DNA of 64,000 nucleotides from contig JAZNXL010000007.1 of assembly GCA_045593905.1 (NCBI GenBank), positions 2,101 through 66,100 on the forward strand, read 5' to 3'. Shown here piece by piece: positions 8,270 to 17,604 of the stretch. The notes beneath the pieces were generated by a model. It ran no database searches. It was not told the origin of the DNA and saw only the letters and a list, made by a program, of their open reading frames with translations. Position numbers and translations under genes: made by a program. Within the stretch, counting starts at the first letter, position 1. Every line of letters starts with the position of its first letter. The stretch is from Eubacteriales bacterium. GTDB taxonomy: Bacteria > Bacillota > Clostridia > Oscillospirales > QAKW01.

Positions 8270-9808
8270 ATGGACAAGTTTTTAAAGGTTGTAGAGTCAG
8301 TTAACAATACTGTTAATGGTGCTGTTTGGGGTTTACCAGGACTGATTTTACTCATTGGTACCGGTATTCTTTTGACAGTGTTTACAAAATTCTTTCAAGT
8401 TTCACATTTAAGACACTGGTGGAAAGAAACAATTGTAAGCGTATTTAAAAAGGACAGTAAAACCACAAAAAGCGATGACAAAAAATCAATTTCACAGTTT
8501 CAGGCGCTTTGCGCAGCACTTGCTGCTACGGTTGGTACAGGTAACATCGCAGGTGTTGCTGCTGCTATCGTAACAGGTGGTCCCGGTGCTGTTTTCTGGA
8601 TGTGGGTTGCTGCTTTTTTTGGTATGATGACAAACTTTTCTGAAAATCTTTTAGGTATCTATTATAGAAGAAAAAACAAAAACGGCGAGTGGTCGGGCGG
8701 TCCTATGTACTATCTTAAAGACGGTCTTGGAAAACGCTACGGTATTAAATGGTTGCAGCCTGTTTCAAATGTTTTAGCGGTTTTATTCTCGTGCTTTGCG
8801 ATTTTAGCGTCATTTGGTATAGGCAATATGGCACAAATCAATAAAATAGTTCTCAACATTGATGCCGCATTTTTATCAAACGTTAAGGTTGCTACTATTC
8901 CCGGAACTCAAATTAATATTGCACACCTAATTATTGGTCTTTGCTTATTAGTTATTGCTGCATTAATTATAATCGGTGGACTTAAGAGAATTGCAAGATT
9001 TGCCGAGATTGTTGTTCCCTTTATGGCAATTGCATACGTTATTGGTTCACTTATAATCTTTGGCTTTAATATCTCAAGCATCGGTGCAATGTTTACTGCA
9101 ATATTTAAGTTTGCGTTTACTCCTGCTGCATTTATTGGCGGTGGTATTGGTGTATTAATTAAAAAGACAATGACACAAGGCTTTAAACGCGGTGTTTTCT
9201 CAAACGAAGCAGGTCTTGGTTCTTCAGTTATGGTTCACTCATCATCTGATGTAAAAGAGCCTGTAAAACAAGGCCTTTGGGGTATATTTGAAGTTTTCTT
9301 TGATACATTTGTCGTTTGTACAATGACTGCTGTTGTTGTTCTTTCTACAGGTTTTGTTGATTTAGCAACAGGTGCCCCTGTTGCTGGTGCAAACGGTGAT
9401 ACACTTGTTTCGGTAGCGTTTTCACAATATTTTGGCGTCGCTGGCGGTTGGTTTGTTGCCATTGCAATGCTTTTCTTTGCATTTACTACAGTGCTTGGTT
9501 GGTCACAATACGGCTCAAAAGCTGTAGAGTATCTGTTTGGTGTAAAAGGCGTTAAGGTTTACAAGTTCATATTCGTTGCAATGATTATTTCGGGCGCCGT
9601 TATGGAAGGCGGTCTTGCTTGGGACCTTTCAGATACATTCAACGGTCTTATGATGATTCCTAACCTTATCGGTGTACTTGCATTGTTCCCACTTGTTATA
9701 AAAATTGTTAAGAACTATACTGATAGAAAATTTAAAAATAAAGACATTAAACCAATGCTTTCTTACGATGAAGATATTCAAAAAGAAATGGAAAATAGTT
9801 TAAATTAA
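8270..9808 (+). CDS. alanine/glycine:cation symporter (AGCS family)
   Basis: 512 aa, polytopic. Family signature SQFQALCAALAATVGTGNIAGVAAAIVTGGPGAVFWMW. RBS GAGGAGAGAGG. Confidence 0.9.
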   Translation: MDKFLKVVESVNNTVNGAVWGLPGLILLIGTGILLTVFTKFFQVSHLRHWWKETIVSVFKKDSKTTKSDDKKSISQFQALCAALAATVGTGNIAGVAAAIVTGGPGAVFWMWVAAFFGMMTNFSENLLGIYYRRKNKNGEWSGGPMYYLKDGLGKRYGIKWLQPVSNVLAVLFSCFAILASFGIGNMAQINKIVLNIDAAFLSNVKVATIPGTQINIAHLIIGLCLLVIAALIIIGGLKRIARFAEIVVPFMAIAYVIGSLIIFGFNISSIGAMFTAIFKFAFTPAAFIGGGIGVLIKKTMTQGFKRGVFSNEAGLGSSVMVHSSSDVKEPVKQGLWGIFEVFFDTFVVCTMTAVVVLSTGFVDLATGAPVAGANGDTLVSVAFSQYFGVAGGWFVAIAMLFFAFTTVLGWSQYGSKAVEYLFGVKGVKVYKFIFVAMIISGAVMEGGLAWDLSDTFNGLMMIPNLIGVLALFPLVIKIVKNYTDRKFKNKDIKPMLSYDEDIQKEMENSLN

Positions 9809-9812
9809 ATTT

Positions 9813-9844
9813 AAAAACGCCGTCTATTTTGACGGCGTTTTTTT
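9813..9844. terminator. bidirectional rho-independent terminator
   Basis: Stem ACGCCGTC / GACGGCGT (9817-9824 / 9831-9838), with an A-run before and a T-run after. It overlaps the last codons of the convergent acyltransferase gene. Confidence 0.8.
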
Positions 9845-10882
9845 ATGAAATAACAGTTTAAAAATTAGTAATCGTACATAATCTATAAGTGCTAAAATAA
9901 TATAGGTTACTAAAACGATAATTATTAACCTCATTACAAATTGAGCTGTATCATACTCTATTATTTGTGCAAACCTTCCCTTGATAATGTTTTCACGAAC
10001 TAGCGGATGGTCTTGCAACAAGTAAGCTCCAAATGAAATAGGAGCAAAGAAAGATATTATTTTTTCAATTGATTTAGGAAATCTGAATCTAGAGAATAAT
10101 TCAAGTGCCGTAATTGAAGCTAATAAGATTGTTGGTGAACAATAGTTTATAAGTGCGTTTGCCGGAATTATTGATGGTTCAAAAGACAATTTAATTTTTA
10201 AAATTATTGTTAAAAATATTGAAATTAAATTAACAAAAATTAAAATTAAAGGTGGAATTTTTGATAGAAGATTGTGTTTTTTTATACAACCGCCAATTAC
10301 ATAAAGCGATATTAACCATAGTGCACTATAACCGCCTTTAAGTATAAATATATCTTTTGTTAATATAAAATCAAAGCAATTAAATTGAAAAATTAAATAT
10401 GTTAATGTTAATGTAATGCTTAAGAACAGTGAAGTTTTAATGGCTTGTTTTTTTGTCAGTGAATTTATGCCAGGGTTTAATACCGGCATAAACAACGCCA
10501 AAACAAAGTACATTGTGAAAAACCAGTATGTGTTATTTAAAACAGGCATATACGATAATACTGTTTCTTTTAATGTAATTGTATCGGGTTTATAAATATA
10601 AAATAGGGTAGATATAATACCTGAATAAATACTTGCCTGTAACCACAACGGAATTATTTTTTTATATGTAAAATTAGAATTAACACCAACAAAACCTGAT
10701 ATTAGTGCAAAACAGTTTACAGCACCGTAACAAGATATTTCAAAAAACCATGCGTATTTATATAGCGGAGAACTTGGAGTAAGGCTTGATAATACTCCTC
10801 CGTGACCCAATGTGTGTAACATTAATATTTGCATCATTGAGATAATTCGTAGAAGGTCAATTCCATAATTTCGTTTTTTCAT
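9824..10882 (-). CDS. acyltransferase family 3 integral membrane protein
   Basis: 352 aa with about 10 TM segments. The N-terminus YGIDLLRIISMMQILMLHTLGHGG is typical of the Acyl_transf_3 family. Confidence 0.8.
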   Translation of the reverse strand: MKKRNYGIDLLRIISMMQILMLHTLGHGGVLSSLTPSSPLYKYAWFFEISCYGAVNCFALISGFVGVNSNFTYKKIIPLWLQASIYSGIISTLFYIYKPDTITLKETVLSYMPVLNNTYWFFTMYFVLALFMPVLNPGINSLTKKQAIKTSLFLSITLTLTYLIFQFNCFDFILTKDIFILKGGYSALWLISLYVIGGCIKKHNLLSKIPPLILIFVNLISIFLTIILKIKLSFEPSIIPANALINYCSPTILLASITALELFSRFRFPKSIEKIISFFAPISFGAYLLQDHPLVRENIIKGRFAQIIEYDTAQFVMRLIIIVLVTYIILALIDYVRLLIFKLLFHKKTPSK

Positions 10883-11053
10883 TTATTTCACCCATTTAAT
10901 TATAATGTTTAACAAATATAATTGCAACTATTTTAAAAAAACTCAGTCATATTGGTGGGTGTTTTGTCAATTTATTTGATTGACTTTATTTTTGTATAAT
11001 GATAATATTAAAAAAATTATAAGAGCCAAAAATTTAACAAAAGGGGCAAAAAA

Positions 11054-11509
11054 GTGTATAAAAGAACACGGCTGTATAACGTTATATTTCCTGTGTGGAT
11101 GCTGACTTTGTTTCCACAAATGTGGCTTATTGCAATACCGGGTAATTTTGTAATCGACAGTATAGTGTTGATTATTTTAATGTTTATTTTAAAAGTTGAA
11201 TGTAAAAAATCTTTTTACATTAAAAATATTTTTAAAGTTTTTGCACTTGGGTTTGCTGCTGATATGATTTCTGCGCTCACGTTGTTTTTAATTACAATGT
11301 ATACACCTGTTTCAAACTATGTAGTTATGGCTGACGAGTGGTTTTTAACAATCCCTGCATTGTTGTTTGCTTCGCTTTTGATTTTTGTCTTTAATTATTT
11401 TATTTCTTTTAAAAAGCACGAAAAATCAATCAGGCTTAAAATGGCATTGACTTTTGCAATAGCTACGGCGCCATATACATTTTTAATTCCGTCATCAATT
11501 TTATATTAA
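11054..11509 (+). CDS. hypothetical 4-TM membrane protein
   Basis: GTG start after AAGGGG. 151 aa with four hydrophobic spans. No recognisable motif. First gene of a tightly packed operon. Confidence 0.5.
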   Translation: MYKRTRLYNVIFPVWMLTLFPQMWLIAIPGNFVIDSIVLIILMFILKVECKKSFYIKNIFKVFALGFAADMISALTLFLITMYTPVSNYVVMADEWFLTIPALLFASLLIFVFNYFISFKKHEKSIRLKMALTFAIATAPYTFLIPSSILY

Positions 11510-11521
11510 GGAGAAAATATA

Positions 11522-12460
11522 ATGATTTCATGTAAAGACTTTATACCTGCTTACAGTGAATTTTTTAAGTATTTAGAAAAAGAGCATGGACACCAAGAGG
11601 TTTTAAACTTTTGGGAGACTCTTTTTGTTCCCGACGGCAAGGGTATTCCGCTTGTAAACTACATCAAGCGCGGCGGTATTCGCGGCTGTTTTGATTACTG
11701 GGCACACTCGCTAAACGAAGAGGCTGCCGATTTTACTATGTACATAAACGAAAAACGCGGCTTTTTTCAAATTATTATGCACCATTGCCCTTCAAAAGGC
11801 AGACTTTTAGATCAGCAAGACAAAACCGGAATACCCCCTTATCAACACTATTGCTTGCACTGCGACTACTATCGTGCTGCTGTTGAAATGCATGGCTTGA
11901 AATATCTTTATAACTTTACTGCTGTCGATAAAGCGTCTTGCTCAATTTTAATATATGACCCCAAAATATTTGACGGTAGAGTTATTATAGATGAAGATAC
12001 TGAGATTATGGACCGCAAGGCCGCTCAAAACGAATATTTTCATCAGGACTTTAGCCATAGTCTTAGTCGCTGCTTACACTACGTAGGTGAAAAGTATGGC
12101 GATGCCGAGGTTAGAGCACTTTTAAAACAATACTCTGATACAGTTTGTGCTGATGTTATAGCGTCGGTAAAAAAAGAAGGGCTAAAACCTTTACAACAGT
12201 TTGTTCTTTCTTCATACGAAAAAGAAAAAGCGCCCGAAGCTGTTTCAACTGAGCTTTCTAAAAATCAATTAAAAGTTGATGTTGCTTTTTGTCCTGTTGT
12301 TCGTTACCTTAGCCAAAAAGGTTATTTCATAAGTCCTTGGTTTAAAAAGAGCACCGAATACGTTATGGAAAACATAGCTACAGAGTGCGGTATTCGCTTT
12401 GAAATGGGCGACTACGATGAAGAAACAGGCAAAACATCTTATGCTTTTTATATTGACTAA
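11522..12460 (+). CDS. hypothetical protein with internal duplication (two Cys-containing halves, possibly ATC-hydrolase-like)
   Basis: RBS AAGGAGAA. The halves align by eye: LEKEHGHQEVLNFWETL vs VGEKYGDAEVRALLKQY; IKRGGIRGCFDYW vs VKKEGLKPLQQFV; FQIIMHHCPSKGRLLDQ vs LKVDVAFCPVVRYLSQ. The family assignment is from memory only. Confidence 0.55.
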   Translation: MISCKDFIPAYSEFFKYLEKEHGHQEVLNFWETLFVPDGKGIPLVNYIKRGGIRGCFDYWAHSLNEEAADFTMYINEKRGFFQIIMHHCPSKGRLLDQQDKTGIPPYQHYCLHCDYYRAAVEMHGLKYLYNFTAVDKASCSILIYDPKIFDGRVIIDEDTEIMDRKAAQNEYFHQDFSHSLSRCLHYVGEKYGDAEVRALLKQYSDTVCADVIASVKKEGLKPLQQFVLSSYEKEKAPEAVSTELSKNQLKVDVAFCPVVRYLSQKGYFISPWFKKSTEYVMENIATECGIRFEMGDYDEETGKTSYAFYID

Positions 12461-12463
12461 ACT

Positions 12464-13609
12464 ATGACTTGTATTAAAAACGCAAACATCGTTTGTGAAA
12501 ACGATATTATTTCAGATGGCGTTATACTTATCGAAGGTAAAGAGATTTTAAAACTTGGAAAAGCAGGGGAGTTTTCGTATCCTAGCGACATTGAGGTCAT
12601 TGATGCAAATGGGCTTTATGTTGGTCCGGGTTTTGTGGATATTCACGTGCACGGCGGTGGTGATGCCGAATTTTTCAAAGAGCCGTTAAAAGCCGCCGAA
12701 TTCTTTTTACGTCATGGTACAACAACGGTACTTCCTGCCAACAGAAACATTTATGATTTAGATTTTTACCTTGATAGTTTTAAACGCATTCAATCAGCTA
12801 TTAATTCCGGCGGCGTTGGCAGATGTATCGCGGGTGTATATATGGAGGGTCCGTATATGAATCCCAAGTATGGTGCAAACCCCGAAAGAAATTTGTGGCG
12901 CGGTGATATTTTGCCCGAAAGATATATTCCGCTTGTAGATGGTGCGAACAGTCTTGTTAAAGTTTGGGCAATCGCACCCGAACGTGATGGAATTGAGCCA
13001 TTTTTGGAGTATGCAAAAAAAGTTAATCCTGAGGTTAGGTTTGCAGTTGGACACAGCGAGGCTACTCCGTCACAAATTGCTCATCTTAAGGACTACGGAA
13101 TATCTATTCAAACTCATTGTATGGATGCTACAGGCACCGTATCGACTTGGGAGGGTACAAGAGGCTCTGGGCCTGATGAATATTGCTTTTTAGATGATGA
13201 TATGTTTGCTGAGTTAATCAGCGACTCTGGTAGTGTTCATGTCAATTCTGATTTACAACGTTTAATTTTAAAAGTTAAAGGTTTAGAAAAAGTAATACTT
13301 ATTACAGACAGTAACCACGTTAAATATGATGCTCCAAAAGGCTTAGAGCGGTATACCGACCTTTCTTTTGACCCGCTCGGCAGATTGGCAGGAAGCAAAC
13401 TTACAATGAATAAGGCTTGCTTTAATATTATGAAACATACCGGTATTGGTATTGTTGAGGCGTTTTTATTGGCATCACGTAACCCTGCTAAAGCAATTGG
13501 ACTAGAAAACAAAATAGGAACAATTGATGTTGGTAAAATGGCAAATCTTGTTTTTGTTAATGATACATTTGATGTAAAAAAAGTAATGTTGGAAGGAGAG
13601 CTTATATGA
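12464..13609 (+). CDS. NagA-like amidohydrolase (N-acetyl-amino-sugar-6-phosphate deacetylase family)
   Basis: 381 aa. GPGFVDIHVHGGGD is the metal-binding HxH of the NagA family. It starts 3 nt after the upstream stop. Confidence 0.8.
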   Translation: MTCIKNANIVCENDIISDGVILIEGKEILKLGKAGEFSYPSDIEVIDANGLYVGPGFVDIHVHGGGDAEFFKEPLKAAEFFLRHGTTTVLPANRNIYDLDFYLDSFKRIQSAINSGGVGRCIAGVYMEGPYMNPKYGANPERNLWRGDILPERYIPLVDGANSLVKVWAIAPERDGIEPFLEYAKKVNPEVRFAVGHSEATPSQIAHLKDYGISIQTHCMDATGTVSTWEGTRGSGPDEYCFLDDDMFAELISDSGSVHVNSDLQRLILKVKGLEKVILITDSNHVKYDAPKGLERYTDLSFDPLGRLAGSKLTMNKACFNIMKHTGIGIVEAFLLASRNPAKAIGLENKIGTIDVGKMANLVFVNDTFDVKKVMLEGELI

Positions 13610-14700
13610 AACATAAGGTTGTCTCGAGAATAGAAGATGGACCTTTTCGTTATCAGGCTTGGCCTACACTTGCCAAGGCCAAAGACGGCACACTTTTCGT
13701 TGGTGCTTCAGGCCACCGTCAAGGACATTTTTGTCCTTTTGGAAAAAACTATCTTTATGAAAGTAGTGACGAAGGCGAAACATGGGTTGGACCACGTATT
13801 ATAAATGAATCATATCTTGATGATAGAGACGTTGGTCTTTTAACTTGGGGAGAACAGAATATCTTGATGTGTTCAGTTACTCACTCACCTGAGCAATATG
13901 AGGGTTGGGACCCTCGCGCAGAAAAGAATTCACACTATAAAATTCGTACTTCACTTTCTTTAGGATTAAGAGAATTTTGGAAAACACTGCCCAAAGAAGA
14001 GTTGGAGCGCCGTTCGTTTGTCCGCGTTTCTCATAATAACGGTAAAACCTGGTCTGAAAGACGAGATGTTCCCGTATTTGCGCCTCACGGTCCTACTATG
14101 TTAGATGACGGTGGTATTCTTTACATAGGTCGCAAATTTGATTTAGACCGTACCAATCACGATATTTTAGCTTACGTTAGTTATGACGAAGGACGTACTT
14201 GGCAGTTTCGTTCAGCCATTCCTTATCCCGCTTGTTTAGAAGATGATTTGCAAAGTGAGCCTTATGCTATTCGTCTTAAAAACGGAGAAATTTTCGCGTG
14301 TGTAAGAAGCGAAAGCACAAAAATTTACCCGGCTCGTGAAACTTTAAAGATTTACACAACCCGTTCATCAGACGACGGTAAAACTTGGTCTGAACCCGAA
14401 CTTTTAGATTTGTTTGGCGCACCGCCACACCTTCTTGAGCATTCTTCGGGTGCGTTGATTTTGGCATATTCACGCCGCAAAGCCCCAATGGGCCAGTATG
14501 TTAGAGTTAGCTATGACAATGGTGTTTCTTGGTCAGAAGATACTCGTATTAGCTCTGACCCACCCGATTGGGACCATGGTTACCCCACGTCTGTTGAATT
14601 AGAAAACGGTGACATTTTAACTGTATATTATCAAAAATGTGACGGCGACGACTTTAATTCTATACACTCAATCAGATGGAATTTAAGCGAATTGAAATAA
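13606..14700 (+). CDS. BNR/Asp-box repeat protein, sialidase (beta-propeller) fold, no signal peptide
   Basis: Five Asp-boxes: SSDEGETW, SHNNGKTW, SYDEGRTW, SSDDGKTW, SYDNGVSW. The N-terminus MKHKVVSRIEDGPFRYQAWP has no hydrophobic leader. ATGA start/stop overlap with the nagA-like gene. Confidence 0.8.
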   Translation: MKHKVVSRIEDGPFRYQAWPTLAKAKDGTLFVGASGHRQGHFCPFGKNYLYESSDEGETWVGPRIINESYLDDRDVGLLTWGEQNILMCSVTHSPEQYEGWDPRAEKNSHYKIRTSLSLGLREFWKTLPKEELERRSFVRVSHNNGKTWSERRDVPVFAPHGPTMLDDGGILYIGRKFDLDRTNHDILAYVSYDEGRTWQFRSAIPYPACLEDDLQSEPYAIRLKNGEIFACVRSESTKIYPARETLKIYTTRSSDDGKTWSEPELLDLFGAPPHLLEHSSGALILAYSRRKAPMGQYVRVSYDNGVSWSEDTRISSDPPDWDHGYPTSVELENGDILTVYYQKCDGDDFNSIHSIRWNLSELK

Positions 14701-14726
14701 ACGTTAAGACTTGAAAGGCTATATAA

Positions 14727-15713
14727 ATGGATTCCTTTATATTTGCAACAAATGCAGTTTTACCCATTATTTTTATGGTTGTAATTGGTTATTTGTTAAA
14801 GCGCCTCGGTCTAGTGGACAACAATATAGCCAAGGTGCTTAACAAATTAACTTTTAGATTGTTTTTACCGTCGATGTTGTTTTTAAATGTTTATAACATT
14901 GACAGTATTACTAATATTGAATTTAGCTATATCGTTTATATTGTTATTGCCATAATACTTGTATTTTTTATATTTTTAATTATAATACTGCTATTCTCTA
15001 AAAATAGCGGACATAGGGGAGTATTGTTACAAGCGTCCTTCAGGTCAAATTATGCTTTAATCGGTATTCCGCTTGCTCAGTCATTATTTGGTGAAAAAGG
15101 TGTTGTTGCTGCATCAGTTTTATCTGCTTTTTCAATACCTTTATTTAATGTTTTGGCGGTTATAAGCTTGTCTCTTTTTAATAACTCAAAGAAAAAAACA
15201 AGTGTAAAAAATATAATTACAGATATTGCAAAGAACCCTCTTATACAAAGTATATTGCTTGCTATAATTTTTTTAGCTATACGCCTTGTGTTTGTAAATT
15301 ACTCAATTTCTTTTAGATTAAGTGACATTAAACCATTATTTAAAGTATTACAATATTTGTCTTCTGTTGCTACACCTTTGGCACTTATAGCTCTTGGTGC
15401 TCAATTTGAGTTTTCGGCTATTAAAGAATTAAAACGCGAAATTGTATTTGGTACTATAACAAGAACAGTTGTTGTGCCGCTTATTGCAATGAGTTGCGCT
15501 CTTTTAGCTTTTCCAACACTTTTTAGCGGTGAACACTACGCTTCTTTTGTTGCGGTATTTGCAACACCTGTTGCAGTGTCGAGTGTTCCGATGACGCAAG
15601 AAATGAACGGTGACGTCACTTTGGCAGGACAGCTTGTTGTATGGACAACCATTGCTTCAGCGTTTACAATATTTATTTTTACATTTATTTTGCGTTACAT
15701 TGGAATTTTTTAA
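14727..15713 (+). CDS. AEC (auxin efflux carrier / Mem_trans) family permease
   Basis: 328 aa, about 10 TM segments. The N-terminus MDSFIFATNAVLPIIFMVVIGYLLKRLGL is typical of the AEC family. Confidence 0.8.
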   Translation: MDSFIFATNAVLPIIFMVVIGYLLKRLGLVDNNIAKVLNKLTFRLFLPSMLFLNVYNIDSITNIEFSYIVYIVIAIILVFFIFLIIILLFSKNSGHRGVLLQASFRSNYALIGIPLAQSLFGEKGVVAASVLSAFSIPLFNVLAVISLSLFNNSKKKTSVKNIITDIAKNPLIQSILLAIIFLAIRLVFVNYSISFRLSDIKPLFKVLQYLSSVATPLALIALGAQFEFSAIKELKREIVFGTITRTVVVPLIAMSCALLAFPTLFSGEHYASFVAVFATPVAVSSVPMTQEMNGDVTLAGQLVVWTTIASAFTIFIFTFILRYIGIF

Positions 15714-15775
15714 TTATCGTATAACACTTGACAATGATTATTATTTAATTATAATTAAAATTGTTAAGTGGTTTT

Positions 15776-15851
<76 letters not shown>

Positions 15852-15855
15852 AAAA

Positions 15856-15883
15856 CCCTCGTTCAAACTCGAACGAGGGTTTT
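15856..15883 (+). terminator. rho-independent terminator after tRNA-Ala
   Basis: Stem CCCTCGTTC / GAACGAGGG, followed by a short TTTT run. Confidence 0.6.
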
Positions 15884-15903
15884 AATCATTACAGGAGTTA
15901 ATT

Positions 15904-16647
15904 ATGTTATCGATAAATAAAATTTTGCAGCAATTAGACGGTTATCTTGGTAAAAACGATTATGCGTCGGCTGAATGTCATCTTTTAAATTATTTAAGGC
16001 AAGCAAAAGAGGCTTGTGATAATAAATGTTTGCTTGCAATACTTAATGAGCTTGCAGGTCTTTATCGCAAGCTTTCACGAGAGAGTGACGCACTAAAAAT
16101 TGTTTTTGAACTAATTGAACTTATAAAAACAATGGGCATCGAAGATAATGTTGGCGCGGCAACAACATTTATAAACTGTGCGACTGTTTATAAGGCGTTC
16201 AAAAGAGCCGAAAAGGCTATGCCGCTTTTTGAAAAAGCAAAAATTATTTATGAAAAGCAATTACAGCCAAACGATAAAAGACTTGGCGGGCTTTATAATA
16301 ATATGGCACTCGCTCTGGTTGACCTTAAAGAATTTGACAAGGCGTACGAGCTTTATAATAAGGCTATTTTAGTTATGGAAAATACTAAAGACGGTGACCT
16401 TGAGGTTGCTATAACATTTCTTAATATTGCAAGTGCTAAGGAGGAAGAACTTGGCTTAGAGCAAAGCGAAGAAATAATAAAAGAATATATAGAAAAAGCA
16501 ATATTATTGCTGGATAGCCATATCAACCGAGATGGATACTATGCTTTTGTATGTGAAAAATGTGCTTCGGTATTTGGGTATTACGGATATTTTATTTACG
16601 AAAACGAGTTAATTAAGAGGGCTAATGCAATTTATGAAAGGTCTTGA
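15904..16647 (+). CDS. tetratricopeptide (TPR) repeat protein
   Basis: 247 aa, all-helical, with repeated TPR-like units (YNNMALALVDLKEFDKAYELYNKAI, ITFLNIASAKEE...). RBS AGGAG upstream. Confidence 0.7.
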   Translation: MLSINKILQQLDGYLGKNDYASAECHLLNYLRQAKEACDNKCLLAILNELAGLYRKLSRESDALKIVFELIELIKTMGIEDNVGAATTFINCATVYKAFKRAEKAMPLFEKAKIIYEKQLQPNDKRLGGLYNNMALALVDLKEFDKAYELYNKAILVMENTKDGDLEVAITFLNIASAKEEELGLEQSEEIIKEYIEKAILLLDSHINRDGYYAFVCEKCASVFGYYGYFIYENELIKRANAIYERS

Positions 16648-17575
16648 GCTTTGCGAAAAATTATATAATGAGTTTGGCAAGCCTATGTTAAAAGAGCAGT
16701 TTGCTGATGTTGAAAAATATCTCGCTGTTGGTCTTGTAGGTAGCGGTTCAGAGTGTTTGGGCTTTGATGATGACATTTCTTGTGACCACGATTTTGAACC
16801 AGGGTTTTGCATATTTTTGCCTGACGAAAGTATAATTGATACAAAAATCGAGTTCGCACTTGAAAGGGCGTATGCCAAGCTACCTAAAGAATATTTAGGT
16901 TTTAAAAGATGCGAGTTGAGTCCGGTTGGCGGTAACCGGCATGGAGTTATTAGAATATCAGACTTTTTTAAGAATAAAGTTGGTGATAATAACGCTGATA
17001 TTACATTAGACGGTTGGTTTTATATTTCAGAGCAGTTTTTAATTGAGGCCACGAACGGTAAAATATTTTGCGATAACTTTGGTAAAATTACTGAGCTTAG
17101 GCAAAAGATTGAATATTTACCTGAAGATGTTCGTCTAAAAAAACTTGCAGGTAACCTTTTACTGATGGCACAATCGGGGCAATATAACTATGCAAGATGC
17201 TTGAACAGGAACGAAACTGCAGCGGCTCAACTTGCAATTGTTGAGTTTGTAAACGCCACGTTAAAGGTAGTGTTTTTGTTAAATAAAAAATATATCCCTT
17301 ACTACAAGTGGGCATTCAAAGCGTTGAAAGACTTGCCGATTTTGTCTGATTTATATGCAGATTTAGAATACCTGATTTCGAGCGACAACTCACCAATTAC
17401 TGCTAATAACAAAAGCGTAATTATTGATAAAATATCAGCTTTGGTAATTCAAGCGTTAAAAGAGCAAGAATTGACGACTGTTAATTCTACATACCTTGAG
17501 CAGCACGCCTATTCTGTCAACAATTGTATTAAAGATGCAAACGTTAGAAACTTAAATATTCTATATGCGGTATAA
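16625..17575 (+). CDS. Pol-beta-type nucleotidyltransferase-like protein (DUF4037-like)
   Basis: An NTase signature hG[GS]-x11-DhD is readable in VGLVGSGSECLGFDDDISCDHDFEPGF. The rest is helical. It overlaps the TPR gene by 23 nt. An alternative start is the ATG at 16634. Confidence 0.65.
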   Translation: MQFMKGLELCEKLYNEFGKPMLKEQFADVEKYLAVGLVGSGSECLGFDDDISCDHDFEPGFCIFLPDESIIDTKIEFALERAYAKLPKEYLGFKRCELSPVGGNRHGVIRISDFFKNKVGDNNADITLDGWFYISEQFLIEATNGKIFCDNFGKITELRQKIEYLPEDVRLKKLAGNLLLMAQSGQYNYARCLNRNETAAAQLAIVEFVNATLKVVFLLNKKYIPYYKWAFKALKDLPILSDLYADLEYLISSDNSPITANNKSVIIDKISALVIQALKEQELTTVNSTYLEQHAYSVNNCIKDANVRNLNILYAV

Positions 17576-17604
17576 AAAAACAGCCTAGAAATAGGCTGTT
17601 ATTT
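17574..17604. terminator. bidirectional rho-independent terminator
   Basis: Stem ACAGCCTA / TAGGCTGT (17580-17587 / 17592-17599), with an A7 run before and a T-rich run after. It sits between convergent genes. Confidence 0.7.
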
